Shown here piece after piece: positions 50,189 through 59,100 of a stretch of 64,000 nucleotides of DNA (positions are counted from its first letter, which is position 1; each line of letters begins with the position of its first letter). The stretch lies in the sequence record MZ779063.1; one strand, 5' to 3'. This DNA is from Staphylococcus phage vB_SauM-UFV_DC4. The notes beneath the pieces were generated by a model that had not been told where the DNA came from, searched no databases, and saw only the letters and a list, made by a program, of their open reading frames with translations. A program made the translations under genes and the position numbers.

Positions 50189-53100
50189 TTATTTACCTGA
50201 AAATACTGGTATAGCAGATCTCACGTCAATATTGAATTGATCTCCATAAGCTCTATTAATAGCTTCTTGAAGATCAGAATCTCCTTGTGAAGGTCCATTA
50301 TTATTACCTGGATTGATAATAATAGTACTTCCGTTTCCATTATTACCACCTGTACCAGGATTATATGGATCATTAGGATTAACAATGACATTACCATTAT
50401 TATTACCATTATTGCCATTAGCTCCATTGTTTCCATTTTGTCCATTATTTCCAGTATTGCCGTTGCTACCATTATTTCCATTTGCACCGTTAATAATATC
50501 TGGATTATTTTGTAAATTATCTTTAATGATTCTATCAATTTCTTTATTAATTTCTTTGATAATTACATTACCTTTAGAATCAACTAAGTCACCTTTATTA
50601 TTGATAGTCGTGTTATTAAAGATATTATCACCTTTATTAATAGTAGTGTTATTACCTTTAAATGACATTTTTCTAAGTTGATCTAACATCTTAGCTGTAT
50701 TTTTATCAATATTACTTGTATGCTTAGTAATTTCATCTAAATCCATACGTTTTTGCTTATCAACTTTCATAGGTCCATTTTTGTAAGATACTGTAGAATT
50801 GTTATAATTATTGGTAATATTATAAATATTTCTTACAGTATTATTATCGCCTTGAATTGTTTGATGAGTAGTAGAATTGTTGGTTGTAGTTCCTGGTGAA
50901 GTATAGTTATTATTAACTATAGTAGAATTAGTATTTCCACCATTATTAATTACAGTACTTCCGCCAGAAGAACTTCCTGATCCTTGTTGTTGAGATTGAT
51001 TTGGCATTGATGAAGATGACCCATCTTGACCATTTGCACCAGATTGACCATCAGAACCACTAGATCCTGATGAACCTGAAGAACCAGAGTCTCCTGATTC
51101 CCCATCTTCTCCATCAGACCCTGATGAACCTGATTCAGATTTCTTCTTACCAGCTTCAGATTTAAGCTTTTCTTGTTGTTCTTGGTCTATTTTTTTGGCT
51201 TCTTCGTAATCAATACCATATATTTGAGCGTAACGTTTCATTAAACGGTCATTTAATGCTTCTTGTTCTTCTTCATCCATACGGTTATCGTCACGTCCAG
51301 TAATGGATCCGTACCAAGTACCATTTTTGAAACTATATTCTGAAGCTCCTGGTGAATCTCCTGATTCTGAACTTTCATCACTTGAGCTTCCGCTATCAGA
51401 ACCTCCTTCACCATATCTCATATAACCATCAATTCCCCATTTAGGGTTTTTATATTTATTAGCACTGTTAATAACAACACCATCAACACCATTAGCCTCT
51501 ACTTGTTTACCTCCACCAATGTACATTGTAACGTGTTCTATATTATCACATAAAATAATGTCACCTGGTTTAAGGTCTTTGGGGCTTTTAGCTTTAATTT
51601 TCTTAAAAGGCGTATCTCCATTCCAGAATGAATGAGTAGTGGCGTTCTTATCCATATCTAAACCAGCTTTTACATAAGCTCTAGCTATCAAACTAGAACA
51701 GTCAAAAGAATTAGCTCCTTGTCTGTTAGGTTGTGAATATTTTGCACCAACCTGTTTCTTAGCCCATGCAACAGCTTTATCAATTTTGGCTTTTTGACTT
51801 CCGCCACCGCCACCGCCTCTTTGTATAGGTGGATTACCTTTAATTATTCCTGTTCTACGTGAGCTTTTGTTTTTTCCTGATGTAGATGAAACCATGTTAG
51901 AAAATTTACTAATATCATTTGTATCAGCTATAACTGAACCGGCCCCACCTCCGCCAGCTCCTCCACCTTTTTTCTTAGTAGATTTTTTATCAGAACCACT
52001 GAATTTTTTGATAAAAGCATTACCAGAAGAAATACGTGACCCTAAAGCAGGAACACCGGCTCTTTCATATTTACTTACCCAAGAAGCAGCTGCTTGTTCT
52101 ACTGTTTTAGTAGTTTTAAGGTGAGATAAGGCAGCACTTTCTGATCCACTTAATTCTTTCCATAAATAATCCAATTGTAAGTCTAAATCAGACCATTTTT
52201 TACCTTTTTCTTTAGCATATTTCATTAAACCTTGTCTACGAGTATTATCCCATTGAGCAATACCAATACCATAACCAGAAATAGCACTATTAGCTTTTGC
52301 TTCATCAAATTTGGCATCTCCTTGAACACGATCAGCTTTCATTCCAGATTCATGTGCAAAGTTACCTAAAACACCAGCAACTTGTTCATTAGAAAGTCCT
52401 TTATCTTTAAGGAAATTCCAAATTTTCTCTGCACCTTCACCTTCAATTCCAGCTGCATCACTTCCTGAAGATGATGCTGAACTTGATGAAGATGATCCAG
52501 ATCCGGCCATAAATCCAGCCATGATATCATTCATCATACCGCCTAATTTATCGAACCAATCACCAATAGTATTAACTACTTCTCCTCCTGGTTCATTTAT
52601 ATCTAGTTTAGATTTTTTCTTTTTCTTCTTACTTAATAAAGAATAGAAAGGTGACATACGCATCATAGTCTCTGCTAATTTCTTAGGTGTTTTCTTAAGT
52701 TTACTCATGAGATTTTTAGGCATTAATTTATTCATTTGATGACCAATTCTACCCATTACAGATAATGGAGAATCTTTCATAGCTCCATCTACATCTTTCT
52801 TGATAGAATCTCTAGTTTTTCCTGCTGACTCTTCTACTTGTTTTTTAGCATCTTTACTAGCTTTATCTGACATGCCTTGCATTTCTGCTATTTCTTTTTT
52901 AGCTCTATCAGATGCTTCGCCTTCAATTCCTTCTTGATATGAACTTAATTCTTCTTTACTAGCTTCAGTCATTTCTTTACTCATATTTCCCATTTCTTCT
53001 TCATGACTAGAGAATTTATCTTTTAACCATCCCCAACCAGATTTAATTAATCCAGTTCCTCCTTGAAGAAGCATAGAAGTCATACCAGTTAAATTACTTA

Positions 53101-56077
53101 AGCCTTTACCAGCTAATGCCAAAGGAGCCATCAATAACATAGAAGCTCCGCCAACAACTTTTTTAATCAATCCTCCAAAGCCACTTGATTTTTCTTCCAT
53201 AGCCATATCAGTTTGATCTCCAAAGCTTTTAGCCATACCTGTAGTTTTCTGAACCATATTCATACCTAAACCAAATGCCGGTTTTACAATTGATTTATAT
53301 AATCCCATTCCAGCTAATCCCAATAAAGGAGTAGAAGCTAATAATGGATTATCTTTAATAAAACCACCTATAATTGAAGATTTATCTAAAGAACCATTCA
53401 TTTTAGTATCAACTGAAGGATCAACTGCAAAATTTTCTCCACCAGGTTGAGTTGAATCTAATTTTTCTTGTTCTTTTTTAGTCTTAGAAGGGTGATCATT
53501 GAATCCAATAATACTACCTAATGTCTTAATTGGGTGTTTTAAAGATTCAATAGGGTTGGCTATAGTTCTAATAATGTCTGGGCCAGCTAATGCTAATGAT
53601 GCAATTTGTCCAACTACAGGAATAGCATTTACACCAACACGAGCACCTACTTTAGCTCCTGCTTTAAGTAATCCTTTACCTATAGCTTTTTTAGCACCTT
53701 TTCCAGCAGCCATTTTAGCAGCTCTAGCTTTAAGTTTCCCTTTAAGTCTACTACCTGCACCGGCCATTAAAGCACCACCGGCAGCAAATTTACCAGTTAA
53801 AGAACCACCCATACTAGTTATTTTACCACCTAATTTAGTATTAGATAATTTACCTATTTTTTCTTTAACAAGGTCTTTACCTTTATTTTTATATTTATCA
53901 AATTTTTCTTTGACATGTTTATTACTATCAATAAGATCTTGAACGTCTCCTACTTTATCTGCAAAATCTTTATCATCTGAAGTGTCAGAAGCTTTCGTTT
54001 GTCCATTTTCTAAAGTTTGTTCATTAGGAATAATAGTAGATCTATTATCCTCATCATTAATATTATCATTTCTTCTTGTACTATCAGATTGTCTACTTTG
54101 ATTTGGACTAGAAGATGTTGTAGAAGTATTTTTATTTAAAGTTTGTTCTCTAGGATCTATTTCTCTAGAAACATTTTCATTAGGTTGATTTACATCACTA
54201 ATTATACCACTTGAATTTTTATCACTAGAATTACTACTATATCTTTGTTCAGGTATTTTATTATTTATTCTAGATACAATTTGTTTAATTTCACTTATAT
54301 CTTTATTAACGATATTAAAGCTAATATTATCATATACTGTATCTTTATTAGTGCTAAGAATACCGCTTCTATTTTCATTATTTAATTTAGAAGTAATATT
54401 TTTAGAAATACCTTTTCTTTGATTTTCATCATTAAGAGCATTTATAGAACTACTAGATAATCTCTTCTTAATATCTTTAGATTCTTTATTTAATTGCATT
54501 CTAGTTTTAGTTAAACTAGTTTTAGCTTCTTTATCATTAAATAATTTATCTAGAAGAATATTAAATGGATCATTAGGATCATTTGATTTAATTTGATCAA
54601 GTTCATTGCTTTTATTAATATTTTTAGAAATGATTTCTTTAATCTTAGATGTAGCTTTATTTTTATTATCTTCATTACTGAAAAGATCAATACCCATTTC
54701 AGAAGCTATATTTTCAAATTCTTTAGTAAAACTAGATTCTTTGATAGTTTTATTAACTTTTTCTTCTATATCATCTTTAATAGACTTGGAAGTTTTAAAT
54801 GAACCTGAATCATAGTCATAATGAATTTCTTGTCCATCTTCTGAAGTTAAACCAACTATTTTAGATAGATAACCAGGTATAACTGTATTAAGCGTATTAT
54901 GAGTTTCCACATCAAAAGCAACTTTTTGATGTCTGTCTTTTCTGTTAGCAGTTGATATACCACCAGTTACACTATCAAATATTTTGTCAATTAATTTACT
55001 TTTACCTGATTTAACATCTTCAAGAAGATCATCTCTTCTTTTATCTCTTTTTCTTTGTTTATCACCATTATCATTATCACTAAAAGGACTAAATTTCTTA
55101 TTAGCAAATTTACCAACAGCTTTTTCTATGAAAGTATTTTCATTATTAAGAAAATCAAAAGCTTTACCTTTAGCTACATCAACTAAACCTAAACTTTTAA
55201 TACCTTGTTTTTTAGAACCAATAACTTCTTTAAGTAATTCAGTTCCTTGTTTTTTAATAAAGTCTTTAGCTTTATCTTTGAATCCTTCTTCTTGAGATCC
55301 TTCTAATATACTTGATAAAGTTATATTAGATAAGAATAGATCTTCTAATGAATTACTATTTTTAATTTCAGATATATTCTTAATTTTAGTATTCTGTCTA
55401 ATAGCATTACTAGTTTGAATTAAACCATTTAAGTTTTGGAACATACTTTCTCTAATACTATCGTTAGCTTCTCTCATTAAATTAAGATTATCAATCATAG
55501 AAGTAAATCCGGTAGTATTTATTTGAGAAAGATTAGATACAGAAGAAGTTAATAGAGCTGTAGATTTAGCAGAAGAACCACCATCATTAATAACTGTTGT
55601 AGAAGATACTATTTTAGATTTATTATCATCTTCTTCATCAAAGTCATCAAATTCAAAATCTCCATCTAAAGAATCATCTGTGTCAGAATCCATATCTGAA
55701 AAACTATCATCAAAACCAAAATCTTCAAAATCACCACCGATATCCATACCCATGTTATTGAAGTCTTTTAGTGATCCTTTATCTTGGATAGTTTCTCCAG
55801 TTTTAAAGGTATTTTTAGTAGATTCTAAAGCTTCTTTAGATAAATCTTTAGTAGATTCACTTATCTTTTGTAATTGTTTTTTCTTTTTATTCTTTAATTC
55901 TTTGACAGCTTTTAATGGATTATTTTGATCCATCATACGTTTCATGTCATTAGACTTCATTTTATTTAAATTTTTGTTAAATTCAATATCTATATATTTT
56001 CTAGAAGATTTAGAGGAGGAGTTATTTCTAAACTCCTTCTCTATCTTGCTAGTGTTAAATTTCTTATCTCTAGCCAA
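50189..56077 (-). CDS. Giant tape-measure-like tail protein B (1962 aa) carrying a phage tail lysozyme-like domain and an NlpC/P60 (Cys-His) peptidase domain
   Basis: Lysozyme-like block GVLGNFAHESG...GIGIAQW at about 52040..52460. NlpC/P60 block FDCSSLIARAY...GDIILCDNIEHVTMYIGGG at about 51480..51760. Gly/Ala/Lys-rich GKxxGK segment. Asn/Gly-rich collagen-like C-terminus. Confidence 0.8.
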   Translation of the reverse strand: MARDKKFNTSKIEKEFRNNSSSKSSRKYIDIEFNKNLNKMKSNDMKRMMDQNNPLKAVKELKNKKKKQLQKISESTKDLSKEALESTKNTFKTGETIQDKGSLKDFNNMGMDIGGDFEDFGFDDSFSDMDSDTDDSLDGDFEFDDFDEEDDNKSKIVSSTTVINDGGSSAKSTALLTSSVSNLSQINTTGFTSMIDNLNLMREANDSIRESMFQNLNGLIQTSNAIRQNTKIKNISEIKNSNSLEDLFLSNITLSSILEGSQEEGFKDKAKDFIKKQGTELLKEVIGSKKQGIKSLGLVDVAKGKAFDFLNNENTFIEKAVGKFANKKFSPFSDNDNGDKQRKRDKRRDDLLEDVKSGKSKLIDKIFDSVTGGISTANRKDRHQKVAFDVETHNTLNTVIPGYLSKIVGLTSEDGQEIHYDYDSGSFKTSKSIKDDIEEKVNKTIKESSFTKEFENIASEMGIDLFSNEDNKNKATSKIKEIISKNINKSNELDQIKSNDPNDPFNILLDKLFNDKEAKTSLTKTRMQLNKESKDIKKRLSSSSINALNDENQRKGISKNITSKLNNENRSGILSTNKDTVYDNISFNIVNKDISEIKQIVSRINNKIPEQRYSSNSSDKNSSGIISDVNQPNENVSREIDPREQTLNKNTSTTSSSPNQSRQSDSTRRNDNINDEDNRSTIIPNEQTLENGQTKASDTSDDKDFADKVGDVQDLIDSNKHVKEKFDKYKNKGKDLVKEKIGKLSNTKLGGKITSMGGSLTGKFAAGGALMAGAGSRLKGKLKARAAKMAAGKGAKKAIGKGLLKAGAKVGARVGVNAIPVVGQIASLALAGPDIIRTIANPIESLKHPIKTLGSIIGFNDHPSKTKKEQEKLDSTQPGGENFAVDPSVDTKMNGSLDKSSIIGGFIKDNPLLASTPLLGLAGMGLYKSIVKPAFGLGMNMVQKTTGMAKSFGDQTDMAMEEKSSGFGGLIKKVVGGASMLLMAPLALAGKGLSNLTGMTSMLLQGGTGLIKSGWGWLKDKFSSHEEEMGNMSKEMTEASKEELSSYQEGIEGEASDRAKKEIAEMQGMSDKASKDAKKQVEESAGKTRDSIKKDVDGAMKDSPLSVMGRIGHQMNKLMPKNLMSKLKKTPKKLAETMMRMSPFYSLLSKKKKKKSKLDINEPGGEVVNTIGDWFDKLGGMMNDIMAGFMAGSGSSSSSSASSSGSDAAGIEGEGAEKIWNFLKDKGLSNEQVAGVLGNFAHESGMKADRVQGDAKFDEAKANSAISGYGIGIAQWDNTRRQGLMKYAKEKGKKWSDLDLQLDYLWKELSGSESAALSHLKTTKTVEQAAASWVSKYERAGVPALGSRISSGNAFIKKFSGSDKKSTKKKGGGAGGGGAGSVIADTNDISKFSNMVSSTSGKNKSSRRTGIIKGNPPIQRGGGGGGSQKAKIDKAVAWAKKQVGAKYSQPNRQGANSFDCSSLIARAYVKAGLDMDKNATTHSFWNGDTPFKKIKAKSPKDLKPGDIILCDNIEHVTMYIGGGKQVEANGVDGVVINSANKYKNPKWGIDGYMRYGEGGSDSGSSSDESSESGDSPGASEYSFKNGTWYGSITGRDDNRMDEEEQEALNDRLMKRYAQIYGIDYEEAKKIDQEQQEKLKSEAGKKKSESGSSGSDGEDGESGDSGSSGSSGSSGSDGQSGANGQDGSSSSMPNQSQQQGSGSSSGGSTVINNGGNTNSTIVNNNYTSPGTTTNNSTTHQTIQGDNNTVRNIYNITNNYNNSTVSYKNGPMKVDKQKRMDLDEITKHTSNIDKNTAKMLDQLRKMSFKGNNTTINKGDNIFNNTTINNKGDLVDSKGNVIIKEINKEIDRIIKDNLQNNPDIINGANGNNGSNGNTGNNGQNGNNGANGNNGNNNGNVIVNPNDPYNPGTGGNNGNGSTIIINPGNNNGPSQGDSDLQEAINRAYGDQFNIDVRSAIPVFSGK
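51128..51351. repeat. Module shared with giant A (copy in giant B), encodes GASEYSFKNGTWYGSITGRDDNRMDEEEQEALNDRLMKRYAQIYGIDYEEAKKIDQEQQEK...
   Basis: About 88% nucleotide identity to 56594..56820. Confidence 0.75.
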
Positions 56078-56100
56078 TTATTAGTTCCACCTCCTGCTAT

Positions 56101-59100
56101 CTATTTCAATTCTTCTAATAAACGGTCTAATTCTTTAGTAGATGCTAATGTATTTTTATCTATATTAGCTAACATTCTTACTAAATCATCTGAATACCAT
56201 AATTTTTCATAATCATAAGTATAACCAGAGTTACCATTTTCAATTTTAGAATTTTTATGATTGTTTACAATTTTATTATAATGGTTAGTTACTCGGTTTT
56301 TACCTTTTATAAATTCTTTATTCACATTTTCATTATTAATGACATTACTTTGTCCATTTTGATAATTGTTATTAACTGTTTTAGTATTTTTACTACCTTG
56401 ATTGTTAACAGCATTATTACCTCTATTAATATTAGAAAAACCACTATTAGCTAATGTTGGTAATTGGAATACCGGAGGATTTCCGATATTCTTATTATTA
56501 GTTATTTGAGATCTTGATTCTTGTGGTTTAGATGGCGATGCTGAAGAATCAGAACTATCTGAAGATTCTTCATCTCCAGAATCTTCACTTCCAGATCCTG
56601 ATGAACCTGATTCAGATTTCTTCTTACCGGCTTCAGATTTTTTCTTTTCTTGTTGTTCTTGATCGATCTTTTTAGCTTCTTCATAGTCAATACCGTATAT
56701 CTGAGCATAACGTTTCATTAATCTATCATTTAATTCTTCTTGCTCGTCTTCATCCATACGGTTATCATCACGACCAGTTATTGAACCATACCAAGTACCA
56801 TTTTTGAAACTATATTCTGAAGCTCCTGGACCTGATTCACTATTTCCTTCTTTATCATCTTCATCACTTTTAGAAGCAGAAGAACTAGATCCTCCTCCGC
56901 CAATAGTCTCTTTAATTGTACTTGCTAAAGCTTTCTTACCTTTACTATTCGGATGAACACCTAAACCATCATTTTCAATCATATCAGAACTGGCTTTACT
57001 ATTCCAGTCTATTACTTTTGAATCTGAACTTTCAATAGCTTTATTAGTTGCTTCAATAATATCAGAAATATCAGATCCTTTTCTCTTTTCAGGATCTACA
57101 TACGTATTAACAAAGTATACATCTGCTTTGTCATACATATCTTCTATTTCTTTAACATTACCTGTAGTTAATCCTCCATTAGTACCTAATTGCACTATAA
57201 TTGCATTTTTATCTTTATTGTATTTCTTTTTGTTGGATTCTAATACATTTTTACCATTAGGCGAAGGACCTCCACTTGAATAAGTTCTTGAAGGAACTGC
57301 ATTAATTTGAATTTTACTAACTGATTTTCTTATTTCAGAAGCAGCTCCTGCACCTATGGAGTCACCTACCATAAATACTTTATTGTAGGATTTACCTCCA
57401 CCGCCTCCACCAGTTACCGTTTTAGCTATTTTTCTAATGGCTTCAGGAGTATTACTGAATGGAAATCTATCTTTAATAAAATTATCAACTCGTTTTTTAA
57501 TCTTCTTAATATTGTATATATCTGAATTGTAAATCTTAGTTTTTTCTTTTTCTGCCTTTTCTTCAGTTTTCTTCTGATTATTTTCTAATTTATTTAAAAG
57601 AGCTCTATCATTTCTTACTTCTTTAGCTCTTTGTCTTTTAGCTTCTTTGACTTCTTGTGATTTATAACCACCGTCTACCATTTTTACAGTAGGATCAAAT
57701 GCAGCTCCACCTTTTTTACCTTTTTTAGATTTTCCAGCTTTACTACCTTTGTCTTCATCACTACCGCCTTTAGAACCTTTTAAAGGAGCTTTAATCCAAG
57801 GTGATGGATCTACAGAGTTTTTCTCCATAGCCCAACCGCCTGGTTTACCTTTATTTATTTGGAAGTGAAGGTGACCTGAACCAGCAGTATTAGCACCAGT
57901 GTTACCTGAGATTGCTATAACTTGTCCAATTTTAACTTTATCGCCCTTTTTAACTAATTGTTTAGTTAAATGCATATACGTACTATAGATGTTACCAGGT
58001 GATTTAACTTGAACAATATTACCTCCACCCGGATCGGTGTTTGATCTAATAACTGTACCTTCTACCATACATTTAACTTTTTGACCTGGAAGCATACCTA
58101 TATCAATACCATAGTGCTTTCCTCCGTTAAATGATAAACCAGAATAGTTACCATATGGTTGCCAAATCGCAGCACTTGGTATTTTTTTCATCCAAGCACC
58201 AACTGTGCCATCTGGTATTTGATTAATAGAACCAGGTACAATTTTCTTAGTATTCATATCTACTTCGCCAGCTTCACCTGAAACTTCAGGTTCACCGTCT
58301 CCACCAGAATCGCCACCACTGGAATTTTTCATTTTAGACATTGCAACAACCATTTCTTCCATTTTAACTAAGAAACGACTGAACCAATCTCCGATTTCTC
58401 CTTTACCATATTTAGAGAAATCAATTCCGCCTTTAGCTATTTGATACAAACTACCTAGAGGTGTACTCATGAACATATCTTTTTGAATATCTTCTTCAGC
58501 TTTTGGTCCTGATTTCATTTTATTATCAGTAATTGTTTTAAACATATCTCCACCAACTTTAGCTAGTGGGAACATAGGAGATGCTCTAAACATTAGTTTA
58601 GAAGTACTTAATATTAATCTACCTAAACCTGTTTGATCTTCAGTATGTTTTTCTTCTTTACTTTTAGCTTCATCTTCTATTTTATCACCAGGATGTTCAC
58701 CAATTCCGAAGAAACTACCTAATGTTTTAATAGGGTGTTTTAATGATTCAATAGGATGTTTAATAGTCTTGATAATATCAGGAGCCCACATTGCTGCACC
58801 AATTACTGGTCCAACAAATGGTATGAATGGTAATGCTGTTTTCAATCCTGCTTTTAATGCAAATTTTCCTCCAGCTTTCATTGCACCTTTACCGAATAAT
58901 TTATTTTTAGCTTTACCTATAGCACCAAAGGCTTTTCCTCCAAGTTTCTTAGCTCCACCAAATAAACCTTTACCGATAGATTTAGCTCTGTTAAAACCTT
59001 TAGAAGCAAATTTACTTATTCCTTTAGTTGCAGCTGAAGCATTCTTTTTATTAAATATTTTAGATATACCACTTTTAGCTACTTTCCCTATAGTTTTACC

